A stretch of DNA of 64,000 bases from the human T2T-CHM13v2.0 reference genome, Homo sapiens (GCF_009914755.1 NC_060935.1); one strand, 5' to 3'. Shown: positions 1-20,053, counted from the first letter of the stretch. The notes: generated from the letters alone by a model not told the origin. Numbers and translations: made by a program.

Positions 1-29
1 CCCCTGCAGGGCAGCCACCCACTCTGAGC
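1..29 (-). CDS. MYBPC3: MYBPC3 exon 27, partial (cut by the window edge)
   Basis: AG acceptor at 31-30, then (C)SEWVAALQG. Confidence 0.93.
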
Positions 30-139
30 CTGGGGGTGGGGAGGGGGAGGCAAGGCCACAGGCTGTGTCACCACTGACACCCCACTCCCACTGCCCACTC
101 CTCTGATAGGAATCTCCAGGATTTAAATATGTTTTTTTT

Positions 140-498
<359 letters not shown>

Positions 499-622
499 TT
501 ACAGTCAGCTTTACTCTGCATTTGTTTTTCACTAGGCAAGCTTTTTTACTTCTGAAAACAGGACAGATATTTCTCTGGGTGTCCTCAACTTTCGGCAAAA
601 GTGGGCCTAAAAAACTTGACTA

Positions 623-847
<225 letters not shown>

Positions 848-904
848 TCAGAGAGGGGTCTGAGCAAGCCTGGGGAAGCTGGAGATCCATGCCCTAGACT
901 CTGA

Positions 905-1345
<441 letters not shown>

Positions 1346-2166
1346 CTACAGAAAACATGGGAATTTCCTGGCACGTATGATTAGGTGAGTTGACTAAGAA
1401 CTGAACAAACCAGGAATCAGTCCCTAAAACGAGAGGCCTGGACCCTTCTCCCCACAGGCCCCGATTCCTGCCATCTTCCCAAGCTGTGCCCCATCCCTGG
1501 GCCCAGGGGTCCTTGGCCTGCCCTTGCCACAGGCAGCTGCCCCCGGACTCACCCACCCTAGTGGGAACAGGTGTCCTCCTGAGCCCTGCCACAGTCTCAA
1601 CACCTGTTCTGCCCACTCAGACCCCATTATACAGATGAGGAAGCTGAGGCTTCAGGGAGGGATGACTCCAGTTGGCCCCCCGGGGACCATGGAGCTGCCT
1701 CTGCCATCTCTGAGTCTTGGTCCAGGACTCTTTCCACAGACAGATGCCCCTGAGACCCCTCCACTAACTACAGCCCTTGCCCCATCCCATAGGTGAAAAC
1801 CCTGGGTTGAAGGGTGTGGAGAACAGGGGACAATGAACATTTATTGAGCACCTGTTAGATGCCAGATGGCCTGCCTGGTCATCCCATATCATCCTAACAG
1901 CTCTCTGAGATAGGCAGTGTCATTATTCCCATTTTGTAGACATGGAAAGAGAGGCTTGAAACGTGAACTAGGGGTCGGCGTAGTGTGAGAGTCAGCTCCA
2001 CCCCAACCAGCTGGGAGATCTCAAGCAGGTCATTTAACTGCTTGGAGCCTGTTTCCTCATCTGTAAAATGCGGCTGAGTATCCCCAGTCGAGGATGAAAG
2101 GAGACTGTGGATGTGAGTGTCTAGCATGGCTGCCTGCAGAGCACCTGCTATTATTGGAGGTTTTTA

Positions 2167-2639
<473 letters not shown>

Positions 2640-3039
2640 TCAGCCCTGCCCCGCTCAGGGCCTTGAGTAACGTTGCTCGTCCCCTTCCCACTCCAACTAA
2701 CCGCCACAGGCTGCCCCCACCACCCCCAGATCCAAAGAGATCTTTCTAGAATGCATTTCTTTCTTCTTTTCCTTTTTTTTTTTTTTTTTTAGTGATATGG
2801 AGTCTCACTGTGTTGTCCAGGCTGGGTCTCAACAGGATGCATTTCTGATCATGTCGCCAGCCCTCCGTCAACCCTTTAAGGCTTCTCACTGCCCATATTC
2901 ACCCCTGTCCTGGCTCTGATCCTCCCAACCCCACCCAGTCCTCTCCTGACATGTTTCATTCATTCTCCACACCCAAAAGGCCCTTTCCCTCCTCCACCCC
3001 TTTGTACACAGTTTCCTCTGCCTGGGATGCCTTTCCTCA

Positions 3040-3531
<492 letters not shown>

Positions 3532-4142
3532 TCAGACCCCAGAGGCCCTTGCAGCCTCCGCCAACAGCCAGATGTCCCGGGGGTCCATGGGGGGAACACA
3601 GCCTGTGGGAAGACTGCATCCACGTCAGCATCTAGTTCAAAATCATCTCTGTGGCACCGACTGAGGGCAGGGGCTCGGGCTCTAGCTTTGTCACGGGACC
3701 TGGGGCAACCACCTGTCCTCTCAGATGAGCTATCATGAGGACCCCTCAAGACCCCAGCCTTCAGAAGAACCAACAGTGCCAGGCAGGAGCAAGACCCCGG
3801 CAGCTACACTGGCAGAAAAGTGTCTCAGAAACTACTCCTGAGTTGAGAGGGAGCACAAGGTCAAGGTCAAGGTCAGCTTAGGATGAAGGGAGCCAGGGAG
3901 CAGCCCAGTCATGAGGGCTTCCTGGCAATGAGAGGGTGTCCACATCCTTGTGATGGCCATCAGCACACTTCACAGAGACCCTCTGCCTGAGGTGTGAGGG
4001 CCCCACAGGGACCCTGCTGGGGGCAGCAACACACCCGGCCAAGTGTGGCACCTCCATGGAGACCTCGCCAAGGGCTCGGCACCACGTAGGTAGAAAGTGA
4101 TGAAAGACAAACGAGCCTCCTCCTGACCTCAGTCTCACTCAC

Positions 4143-4223
4143 CTTCTTGTCAAACACCCACTCATCGCTGTCACCTGTGTCCTCTGGGGCATCTGGGGCT
4201 GGCCTGGCTGGGGCCTTATTCCC
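4143..4223 (-). CDS. MYBPC3: MYBPC3 exon 22 (cardiac-specific C5 insert)
   Basis: 81 nt, [27 protein letters not shown]. Confidence 0.97.
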
Positions 4224-4436
4224 CTGGGAACAGGGCAGGAGGGAAGTAGGGAGCAGAGGAGCTGACTCAGCCTGGAAGCGCCCCTCTGCTGCTTCTTCCA
4301 CCCCCTGACCCACACTGCCCACCTTGCCTGCCCCCTGACCAGTCTCTCCCACGGGGTAGCCAACAGCAGGGCGTGCACATGTGGGTGGGGTGTGCAGCAG
4401 GTCCTAGCACTTGGCTGGTTCCACACACCCATCTTA

Positions 4437-4712
<276 letters not shown>

Positions 4713-4915
4713 TTAGATTTGTATTGAGGTATAGTTTATGCTCAGATCTGACAGTAGGCTGAGTTCTGACAGATGAATACACCCATGCAATTATTAATCC
4801 AACCAAGATCTGGAACATTCCCATCACCCCAGGACGTTGGCTGGGAGGCTTGTAATATTCAGGTCAGGTCACCTAGCATAGCATTTTGAAAACTGGGGGA
4901 ACATCAGTGTCTTGC

Positions 4916-5136
4916 CACACACATACACACACACACAATACACACACACACACGCATATACACATACACACAGACACACATACACATACACACATGCACA
5001 CACAGACACACACATGCACACAGACACAAATACACATACATACACGCACACACACACAGACACACATATATACATACACACACAGACACATGCACACACA
5101 CGCACGCGCGCACACATGCATGCACACATGCACACA
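4916..5136. repeat. Imperfect (CA)n tract, MYBPC3 intron 20
   Basis: Direct reading. Confidence 0.95.
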
Positions 5137-5196
5137 TTAAAAAGGTTCCCTGGCCAAATAAATCAGGAATCTGCCCTCAGTTAAACAAAGCAAAGC

Positions 5197-5505
5197 AGTC
5201 TGGACGCAGTGGCTCACGCCTGTAATCCCAGCACTTTGGGAGGCCGAGGCAGGCAGATCATGAGATCAGGAGATCGAAACCATCCTGGCTAACATGGTGA
5301 AACCCCGTCTCTACTAAAAATACAAAAAATAATTAGCTGGGCATGGTGGCGGGCGCCTGTAGTCCCAGCTACTCAGGAGGCTGAGGCAGGAGAGTGGTGT
5401 GAACCTGGGAGGCGGAGCTTGCAGTGAGCCGAGATCGCGCCACTTCTCTCCAGCGTGGGCGACAGAGGGAGACTCCGTCTCAAAAAAAATAAAAATAAAA
5501 AAAAA
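5197..5505 (+). mobile_element. Alu (AluY-like), antisense to MYBPC3, intron 20
   Basis: GAGATCGAAACCATCCTGGCTAACA-type diagnostic sequence. Confidence 0.93.
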
Positions 5506-5817
5506 GGAAGAAGAAGAAAAGATGTAATAATAACAGTCACACGTGTGACAGCACTTGACAGGTCTGATACATCATGTCACCTCATCTTTATAACTATCCT
5601 ATAAGGTGGCACTATCAGGGTTCCCATTTTAGAGAAGAGGAAACTGAGGCTCACAGAGATTATAATTGACCCATGGTCATGAGTGGCAAAGCTGGAGCTG
5701 GGCCCCAGGACCCCCACTTTTGATCCTTCCTCTTCCCTCTGTGAGTGGAGGGGAGGCCTGCGTGGGTGGGTTGCGGGAAAGTGAGCAGAACCAAGACTCA
5801 GGGGCCCCAAGACTTAC

Positions 5818-5847
5818 CCTGCCTGGGTACGAAGTCAATCTTGACCT
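5818..5847 (-). CDS. MYBPC3: MYBPC3 exon 20 (C4-C5 linker)
   Basis: 30 nt, EVKIDFVPRQ; GTAAGT donor. Confidence 0.97.
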
Positions 5848-5935
5848 CTGCAAGAGAAGGAAGAGCAAGTAGCACGGGGGCAAAGGCAGGGCCCAGTGAC
5901 AGGGGCTCCTGGCCCCACTGCCCCGACCCACCCTA

Positions 5936-6199
<264 letters not shown>

Positions 6200-6494
6200 C
6201 TATATTATCTAATTTTCCAGCTTTTTAATGTGCCTTCAGAGGTAGGCAGCGTAAAAGTGATTTCTACATCAAAGCATCTCCTTGGCTGGGCCCTTGGAGA
6301 CTGGGCAGGGGCTGGGTCTCATTAATCTCTGTGAACTTGGGCCCAGCACGGCCAGCCCAGTTGCTCCAGGGATGAGCAAGAGGGCGGGAGAGGCAGTGAG
6401 GGCCTCTGGCCAGAGCCGGCCTCCTTGGTGGCCTCCTGCCCTGCCCTGGTCACAAGCTGGGGGAGGGTGCTGGGGAGCTCTCGACCCCGTCCGT

Positions 6495-6780
6495 GTCTCT
6501 CCCTGCTGCCTCTTTGTCTCTGTCCCTCTGTTCTTCTCTGTCTCTGACGAACTCTCCTATGTGTGTGCCTCCCTGTGCATATCTTTCTGTCTCTATAGAA
6601 CTATTTCTGTCTTTCTGTCTCTTTGTCTTTTTGGGTCTGTCTGTTTCTCCCTCTCTGTGGGTCTCTGTCTCAGTCTCTGTCCTGTCTCTGTGCATCTGCC
6701 TCTCTGTCCACCTGTCTTTATCTCTCTCTCTCTGTTTCTCCCTGTGTCTCTCTCTGTCTCCATCTCAGTCTCCACCTGTC
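6495..6780. repeat. CT/TGTC-rich low-complexity tract, MYBPC3 intron 18
   Basis: Direct reading. Confidence 0.85.
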
Positions 6781-6804
6781 CCATCCACCTGCCCTGCACA
6801 CTCA

Positions 6805-7179
<375 letters not shown>

Positions 7180-7369
7180 TCACCAGGCCCGTATGACCCT
7201 CTCAGTACCCTCTGGAGCGGTCACCTCAGCATCGTCATTTTAGAGATGAGAAGGATGAGGTTTAGGCTGTCAAAGGCCCAAGGTCACAGAGGCCTTGAGC
7301 CCAGGTTTGCCTGCTCCCCTACAGGGCTAGGTGGGGTGGGGGCTGAGGGGTCCAAGCCCTAAAGCCTCA

Positions 7370-8070
<701 letters not shown>

Positions 8071-8074
8071 TTAC

Positions 8075-8077
8075 TTG
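8075..8077 (-). CDS. MYBPC3: MYBPC3 exon 14, 3-nt microexon (CAA)
   Basis: TTCTACAG|CAA|GTAAGT; completes S408-K409. Confidence 0.92.
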
Positions 8078-8257
8078 CTGTAGAACAGAAGGGGCCGTTG
8101 AAGTGTTCCCGACGGGAGGAAGTGAGCCCGAGACAAAAGGAGAGAGAGAGAGGGACCGGCAGGAGCAAAAGGATGGGAAATTAGGCCCAGAGAGATGGGG
8201 CTGAGAGCCACACCGAGTCAGAGATACGCATGTGGAGAGGGGCAGGAGGCAAGGCTA

Positions 8258-9903
<1,646 letters not shown>

Positions 9904-10454
9904 CAGCAATTTGCTCTTTTTACTGTTGTTGCTATTCCTGGAAGACACCCCTACCCTCGGAGGTCCCCATCTGCCTTGCCAGCCTCCATCTTTTCCTCCT
10001 TGGGCACCTACAGTCCTTTGCTTGGTGCCCTCTGGGCTCAGCAGTTCAGGAGTTAACCCAGAGGAACATTGGTGGCATTCAGGGGATCCCTGGCTTAAAT
10101 GGGGCCACGGTGCCGGTAAGGGCCAGGCCACCTAGCGATGGGGTGATGGGAAACCCAGTGAGGCTGAGACAACAGGGAGGCAGGGCAGAGGGATAAGGGG
10201 CCTGGGGGAGGTCAGCAGGGAGGGACTAACCAGCTCCTCTCCCCGTCCCCATGATCGTGTGTGTTTTGTGTGTGTGCTTTGGGAGGGGCTTGTCTCCCAT
10301 ATCCTGCATGGAAGCTGACCCCTCCATTCAGTCGGTGTTTATAGAGCGCTCGAGGTGTGTGCCAGGCCCTGTGCTAGACCCAGACATGGTGGGGAGAAGG
10401 CATGTGAGACCCCTGCTTTCCCGGCTCACACCCGCCCTTGTCAACCCCTCAGTG

Positions 10455-11199
<745 letters not shown>

Positions 11200-11441
11200 C
11201 TAGGCTGTGGCCGGGGGCAAGACTGCAGCCCCCTGGGCGGGGCTTCCTGGGCCCAGGACCAAGGAGCTGTAGCCACCCCTGTCCCTCTGCCCCTTCCCTT
11301 CTGGTGGGGCAGCTGGAGCTGCTCTGGGTCCCAGGCCAGGCAGGACTGGGGGCCAAGGGAGCTGAAGAGGGGCTGGGGATCTGGAGGGGCTCCTGGCAGA
11401 ATTAGGGGTGATGAGGGTGCTGTGCTATGTTGGGCACTCAC

Positions 11442-11459
11442 CTCGGGGTCCGGAAACTG
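11442..11459 (-). CDS. MYBPC3: MYBPC3 exon 11 (18-nt microexon)
   Basis: SFRTPR; GAG|GTGAGT donor. Confidence 0.95.
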
Positions 11460-11841
11460 CTGCTCCAGGGGTGGGGGTGGGAGAAAGGGTAGGTGGCACA
11501 TGAGAGGTATGGCCACCTTCCCTCAAAGACCTGGACCCCACCCATGGGCCTTTACTTCCTCCCTATTTTCCGCACTTGCACTCCCTGTGTTGTGGGGCAC
11601 CCATGCTGCTCCGGAGGCTCTGGCAGGACCTCCTGTGTGCATTACTTTTTCTTATCCCTCCTAAGCTCTGACAGATAGGTGGGTGGCAGGAGAAGCCCAA
11701 GGCACAGAGACTCACCCCTGTCCGTGGGGAGCCGCACCCTGCTCTGAGTCTCTCACCACAGCCTCTCAGAGAGGGGACGGGAATCCCCTCTGCACCCACC
11801 AGCGCCCTGCCGCCCCCAAACACCCAGACCCCGATTCTTAC

Positions 11842-11844
11842 TCT
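11842..11844 (-). CDS. MYBPC3: MYBPC3 exon 10, 3-nt microexon (AGA)
   Basis: CCCAG|AGA|GTAAGA; supplies the R302/D303 bases needed for KKRDS. Confidence 0.9.
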
Positions 11845-12240
11845 CTGGGCCACAGCAGCAGCAGCCATAATGGAGGGGCCGGGGGAGAGGGAGAGAGAGG
11901 GCAGAGAGAACATAAGTCAGTTGGGCCGACCTGGTAGACCCTGCAGCTCTGGGGACCCTCTCTCTGTTCCTTCTGGGTCCCCGGAGTTTACGGAGGGAGC
12001 TTTTGCAGCCTCAAGTGTGGAGTGGCCGTGGGGGACACTGTGAGGATGACTGTTGACGGGACATAATGTCTGCAGAGCCCTTTAACTCCTTCCACACTGG
12101 GATCATCCCCTCGACAGACAAGGAAACCAACTCAGAGAGGTGCAGTGTTGTGCTCAGGGTCACACAGCTGGCAAACCACAGTGCTGGGATTTGGAGCCAG
12201 GCCTCACCAGCTGCCCCAGGAACTGCCACCCAGGACTCAC

Positions 12241-12294
12241 CTCTTTTTCAGCAGTGAGCTGAAGTCCAGAATCCCAGTGTCCTCATGGCTATCA
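12241..12294 (-). CDS. MYBPC3: MYBPC3 exon 9
   Basis: 54 nt, DSHEDTGILDFSSLLKKR; TAG acceptor, GTGAGT donor. Confidence 0.97.
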
Positions 12295-12465
12295 CTATGG
12301 AGAGGGACCCCCAGTGAGGCTGCAGTGAGGGACTGGAAAGGGATTAGGAGCAGGATGGGAGTGGAGTGGGGAGGGAGAAAGGGACACTAGCCAGATTGGG
12401 CTCCCACCCGTCTCAGACCCCTGGGGGTCTGCGGATGGTGCAGGTAGGGCCTGGGGCAGGGGTAC

Positions 12466-12495
12466 CTGATCCGCCGACCACCTCCAGCCAGGCTC
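12466..12495 (-). CDS. MYBPC3: MYBPC3 exon 8 (cardiac-specific LAGGGRRIS phosphorylation insert)
   Basis: 30 nt, SLAGGGRRIS. Confidence 0.97.
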
Positions 12496-12671
12496 CTGTG
12501 GGGGTTAGACTCAGTATCCTCACCTGCCTGGGAAGCTTGCTCTCCCCTGCAGCCCCCACTGACTTCAGCTCCGCCCCGCAAATCATCCCCAGCCCTGACC
12601 CCCAGTCGAGACCCTGAAGGGCCTCAGACTCCAGCACTGGCCTCCCCCAGGCCCTGAGGATGGCCACTCAC

Positions 12672-12720
12672 GTGCGGCGGAAGGCTGATAGGAGGTCCAG
12701 GTCTCCGGTGCCCATGGCCT
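12672..12720 (-). CDS. MYBPC3: MYBPC3 exon 7 (M-domain)
   Basis: 49 nt, EAMGTGDLDLLSAFRRT; donor GTGAGT. Confidence 0.97.
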
Positions 12721-13134
12721 CTGGGTTCAAAGGGTGGAGAGATGGGGGAAGGGGCTTCAGAGGGGGCCGTTTGAGAAGCCCTGCCCTGGGGGCGGCCTCT
12801 GAGTATTCACAGACTTGCCCATTCATGACCCCATGAGGCTGGGCATCTGCCCCAGGATCTCACCTTCCCAGCCTTTCCCAGGGTCAAGGTACCAGGCAGG
12901 TGGGACGGTTTATTGTCCCCAATTCCCACCCATCTCTCAACTCACCTTCACCCATCGCCCAAACATTCAGACAGTGCCAGGCCGTGGGCCAGGAGCCGTG
13001 ACACCAAGATGATAAAACAGAGTCCCACCCAGATGAGACCCGGACTCAGCCCTAAGCCCCCACGCCTACCCTGCAAGCCTTGGGGTTTCTCTCACACCCT
13101 GTGTGTGCAGCACTGGGCACGTGGCCAGCACTCA

Positions 13135-13380
<246 letters not shown>

Positions 13381-13438
13381 TCAGGGGACACCAGGGGCCG
13401 GGAGACAAGGCTCCGCACCCTTAAAGGAGACTGGGAGT

Positions 13439-13814
<376 letters not shown>

Positions 13815-14604
13815 TTAACCCATACAGAGTTTTTGTACAGAGAAAGGGGACTATCTCGAAACCCATGATTGCCATCTGCTGGCACATGGTTGTGGTGAAA
13901 TACAGGCTTTTGTGCAATGCACAGCCCCGCACAGCAGAACATGTTGGCCTCTCTTGCTAGAGGCCCCCTTGCCTAGCCCAGGACTGGGGAAGGTTGGGAA
14001 AAGCAGAGGCTTGGAGTGAACAAACAAGGGGACTTAAGCCTTAAGGTTCTGGTGGGCAGGGCGGAAAAAAACAAAACACAAAAAACGAAGGCTTAAGGTT
14101 CTAGGCCTATGTCTAAGTGACCTTGGAGCAGCCACTTAACCTCTCAAGCTTTGGTTTCCGTGTCTGTATAATGAGGAATTGTTCTGGTTAATCCCTGAGA
14201 GTCCCTTGAGCCCTTAGCCCTGATACTCACCCATCCAGGGGCTTTACAACCCCACTAGCTGGTGCCCCCATGCTTCACAGTGTCCTCCAGGCTTCCTGAC
14301 CACCCTGGGCGCCCCCCCACCCCCGGCCAAACCTTATTAGGTGCCCCCTTGAGGTGATCATGTCCACCAAGTCTCCCAGGTCCCCGACAGTGCTCCCATG
14401 AGCCTCATCGCACTCCCTGGCCCCCAGGCCTCCGGGATCTCCCTGTGGGCCCCTGGCCCCTCCACCTGCCTCCCAGATTCCCCACACCCCTTGCTTGCAG
14501 CTCGTGTGTGCCTCTGGGTCTCATGGTGCCCTCTGTGTGCCTTGTGCCTTCTAGGGCTCTCCATGTCCCCTCTCTCCGTGTCTCCACGACCCCGGTGGAC
14601 CCAC

Positions 14605-14753
14605 CTTGCTGGCGCGGTCGTAGCTGTCGTGCAGCTGCAGGTGCTGGCCCACCTTGCTGCTCAGGTCCACCCATTTGCCCTTGAACCACTTGACCACAGG
14701 CGGCTTCAGGAGGCTGGCGCCAGCCACGCGGGCTGAGAAGGTGATGCTGCCAC
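14605..14753 (-). CDS. MYBPC3: MYBPC3 exon 5 (C1)
   Basis: 149 nt, [28 protein letters not shown]...YDRASK. Confidence 0.98.
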
Positions 14754-14844
14754 CTGCAAAGGCAGGGGCGACAGGCCCGGCTTGGGGAGTGTCCTGCTGC
14801 CCCCCCTTCCCACCCCAATGCTGGGCACAGCAGCTCACACTCAC

Positions 14845-14943
14845 CCACGGTCACCTCGCCATCCTGTGGCCGCATCACGAAGAGGCCAATGGGGTCATCG
14901 GGGGCTCCAGGGGTAGGACCATTGAGAGCTGCTGAGCTTGACC
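14845..14943 (-). CDS. MYBPC3: MYBPC3 exon 4
   Basis: 99 nt, [33 protein letters not shown]. Confidence 0.97.
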
Positions 14944-14949
14944 CTGTGA

Positions 14950-15257
<308 letters not shown>

Positions 15258-15294
15258 AGCAAAGGCTTTTGAGACCTGCCCTGGACACGCCCTA

Positions 15295-15456
<162 letters not shown>

Positions 15457-16046
15457 TCAGATGGGAGTCGTGGTGCAGCCACTAACCAGAGACCCCTCCA
15501 CCCTCTCTCTCCTGAGCATTGGACCCATGAGCCCGCTGTGGATGAGGAAAGTCTGCCATGGCTGTCCTCCCGCTGCCTGGGCCCCTCAGAGGCAGCTCAT
15601 GCTGAGCTGGAGAGCCAGCCTGCCTCTCACATTCTCCTCCCCGTCCCAGGCCATCAGTTCCCATGTCCTCTGCATCTGCCCTGAACAGCTCCAGGTCCAT
15701 CCCTGCTCTGCCCCAGCCTTAGAGCAGCCCCTCAGACTGGGCTGCACTCCCCTCATCCACAGCTCCTGGGGCTTCCCGGCCGTCTGTGCAGGGTCATCTC
15801 CCCAGGGAGGTCTGCAGGGGGAGAGTGGGGTTGTGTCTTGTTCATCTCTCCCACCTACCCCATGGCTGGAACAAGCCAGGATGGCACATGGGGGTACTCA
15901 GAGAGGTCATGTGCAGAAAAGGGGGAAAGGGCGTTCCTGGCGGGGGGCACAGCCACAGCAAAGGCAAGAAAGTGTGAAAGCACCTCCTGTTCCCTGGATG
16001 GATGGAGAGTCGCTGGGCTGCCCCTCCCCCAGCAGCCCAAACCTCA

Positions 16047-16355
<309 letters not shown>

Positions 16356-17453
16356 CTACAGCGGCCCCTGGTTGGAGCGTGCACCCCGCCCCTGCAGCCC
16401 CTCTCAGTAAATACTGTGCTAGCACTTTCTATGCATCCCCTCACGTAATACTCTACCAGTTCTCTGAGGTAGTTGCAGTTATTCTGTTCATTTCTCAGAG
16501 GAGGACACTGAGGCTCAGAGAAGCTAAGCGGCTCCTCCAAGATCACACAGCTAGCAGTCGGGAGAGCCAGGGCTGTGGTCCTGACCTCCCAACAAGACTT
16601 TTTCTGCATGTGTCCACTTTCCCTGCTTGGAGACACCCGTGATGAACCCAGCTCCCTTTCCCCCAACCATTTCGGGCCCTTGGCAGGGGGCGGGGAAGTC
16701 TGCCTACTTGGAATGTGGCCAAATTTGTCCTCCAAGGACCTCAGGCTGGGTATCAGCAACTGAGATAAAGCTGGCCTGGGAGGGCGCTGGGGGATGGGGA
16801 CCTGGATCTCTGCCCTGGACAACCTTCATAAGGGCACAGCCCAGGCCCAGGTCCCTGGGCTGTGATTTTCCCTGCCCTTGGCCTGGGTTCAGGGGCTCCT
16901 GACTGTCCTCTCTCAGAGAAGAGGGGCTGTGTCACCCTCAACATGGGGGCCACACCGTACAGGCTCATGAAGCAGATAATGTCACAGCCAGGAGGAACCA
17001 ACCCAATGCCACCACCACCCCCGGCACCCCAGGTTGGGAGACTGAGACCCATAGTGGGTAGAGACTGGTCTGAAGGCATGCCGTGAGCCTGGCTCAGCTC
17101 CATACTAAACGTGGGCTCTGTCCGCGGGGAACCTTGCTGTGGAAGGTGAAGGCAATGGGACAGGGAAGGGGTCCCTTTGCATTCTCAGAATGGGTTGACC
17201 CCGGGTGCTTCCTGTCTTGGCTGTGTCCCCTCTCTGCGTCCCTGACCTTGGGTTTACCTTCACCTCTCATCAGAGGGATGGGAAAAAGAAACCGAGAATC
17301 AAAAAAGGACCCTGGAGGACTGGCTGCCCCTGTCCTGGGGCTCAGAGGCCACGTCCTCGTCAACCCCCTCAAGAACTCCCTCCTAGCCCTGCTCCCCAAT
17401 TGTAGACACCCCCCTGCTCCCACACTTAGACCCAACCCCAGTCCTAAAGCTAC

Positions 17454-17478
17454 CTGGCTTCTTCCCCGGCTCAGGCAT
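17454..17478 (-). CDS. MYBPC3: MYBPC3 exon 1 coding part (MPEPGKKP; 25 nt, ends in phase 1); 5'UTR runs to about 17533
   Basis: ATG at 17478-17476; donor CAG|GTAGCT. Confidence 0.97.
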
Positions 17479-17533
17479 CCTGAGAGACGTCACACCAGGC
17501 ACGAAGCAGGCACAGGTCACCCAAAGAGGGACT

Positions 17534-17640
17534 GAGTGGGGTCCTGTCCTTCCCACTATATATGGGGACCTCCCCCCTCCCCAGGCTCTGCTTATCTGCC
17601 TCCTGTCCAGCCACCTGCTAAATATAGATGAATTCCAGAG
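17534..17640 (-). promoter_or_regulatory. MYBPC3: MYBPC3 cardiac core promoter
   Basis: TATA/CArG-like CCATATATAG at 17565-17556 (about -25 to -30), GATA site AGATAAG at 17597-17591, E-box at 17612-17617, consensus MEF2 site CTAAATATAG at 17618-17627. Confidence 0.85.
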
Positions 17641-18042
17641 AGCTGAGGTCTCTCCAGGGAGAAGGTAGGGCCACATTGTCCCTGGCTGGCTCCTGTCCCT
17701 TCCCCCTCACCCCCCGCAGCACAATTCTGCCTCCCCAACCTTTGGCAAGCCTCAGGGGTACTCCAAGCCCCGTGTGTGTCCCTCTTACAGCAAATTGTAC
17801 GGTGGGAGCATGCTGGGCCCATAACCCTAAGGCTAACGGGTCAGGAGCATCCTCGCAGGCAGTTCAGGCAGTGGTCATGTCCACAGACCCTGGGGCCAGG
17901 GTGTCTCTGAGTCCTAGCACTGCCATCTCTTTAATCTCAAAGCACCTGGTTTCCTCATCTGTAAAGCGGGGTGGGTGAAAGCAGCACCCACTGCACAGGA
18001 TTGTCACACGTATGAAGTGGGTTTATAATTTTAAAAATGTTA

Positions 18043-18720
<678 letters not shown>

Positions 18721-19374
18721 AAGAATGAAGACAACACCATTTTGCCTTCTCTTGTGGCCCTGCAGTAGGACTAGGGAGCTGCAGGGTTGGGCTGCAGTGA
18801 GCCCTCTGGGGTTGAGGAGGTGTGGGGCGGGTATTTGTCCCTACGATAATGGCCCCAGAATCTGGGTTCCCTAAGGTCTTTGACAGCGTTGGGAAGTCCC
18901 TCACTCCCAGGCTGTCTACTGCCACTACTTGCTACCGTCTGGAGGAAAACACAGGACTTACAGGCTTCTCCGCTCAGCTTGGTCTGTTTCTCCCCTGCTG
19001 TGGCTAGGAGCTAGAAAGCAAATAGAACCTGGGGGTCCCACCAGGGATTCACTTGGGTCTAAAGTCCTGCTGGGCGTGCAGCTCGTGAGAACCCTTTGCG
19101 GCCCACAGGAGCTTTGGGGCTTAATTCCTGTCCTCGGAATGCTGAAGAGTATCCTCTTCCAGATAAGCAAGGCCTCCCACTCCATGTTGACGTGTCGGGA
19201 CAGACCTGGAGTGTGATCCAACTTGGCCACTCAACGGCTGTGACCTTGGGGAAATAATTTGACCTCTACAAGCCTCAGTTTCCCATTCTATAAAATGGAG
19301 TGATATTAGACTCCACATCTCAAGGTTGGCAGATACTAATTGACCAGAATATCAAATGTTGTTGCTGGTCATGG

Positions 19375-19401
19375 TCATCATCATCATCATCATCATCATC
19401 A
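19375..19401. repeat. (TCA)9 microsatellite between SPI1 and MYBPC3
   Basis: Direct reading. Confidence 0.9.
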
Positions 19402-19701
19402 TGAGTTCAAACCTCATCAAGGCTTAAAAACAACAACTATCAGGAGTAGAGAGCTTTTAAATAGGATCTGCTCTCCTAATCACAATTGAGGACTTGTTCT
19501 TTCCACCAAACTCTAACTCCTGTTCAGGCGCTCTGTGTCATTGGTCCTCATGTTCCCAGGGTCCAGCATTGGGTACAGTCCTCGGTAAACACCCGATGGA
19601 CAAATGACAAAAAGAGACGTCGCAGCACACAGGGGCCAGAAGAGATACACAACAAATTTTAAAAGAGACTCTGTGCTGCAAGAGGATGGATTGAGAATAA
19701 C

Positions 19702-19707
19702 TTTACT
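19702..19707 (-). terminator. SPI1: SPI1 poly(A) signal, variant hexamer AGTAAA
   Basis: No AATAAA seen in the 3'UTR; AGTAAA is followed by U/GU-rich sequence at about 19668-19625 on the minus strand. Confidence 0.75.
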
Positions 19708-20000
19708 TGTTTTTTGGGAGGAGATTAATGGGTGGGAGGGGTGAGAGGGGAGATCTGATTTACATACGGACTTGAGACTCCCAAGGCAGTACCCCGGGTC
19801 GTCCTCTGCAAGGTTGCCCCGGTGGGGTCTGACGCCCAGCTGGCGTCCGGGAGCCGGGGTGGAGTCCTGGAGGGAGGCGAAGCGGGATGTGGAGGGGGCC
19901 TGGAGTGGGGGGAGGGGGCGGGTGAGGCGAGGCCCGGCCCGCCACAGTCCTGCCTCTGGGCCCCGGGAGCGTCCTCCCTGTGTCCGGGCCGGGCGAGGGC

Positions 20001-20008
20001 TTAATGCT
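20001..20008 (-). promoter_or_regulatory. miR-155 8mer site in the SPI1 3'UTR
   Basis: AGCATTAA is complementary to the miR-155-5p seed; PU.1 is an established miR-155 target. Confidence 0.88.
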
Positions 20009-20053
20009 ATGGCCAGCGGGGAGGCCTGGCGGGGCCCGGCGGGGGCTGCGGGC

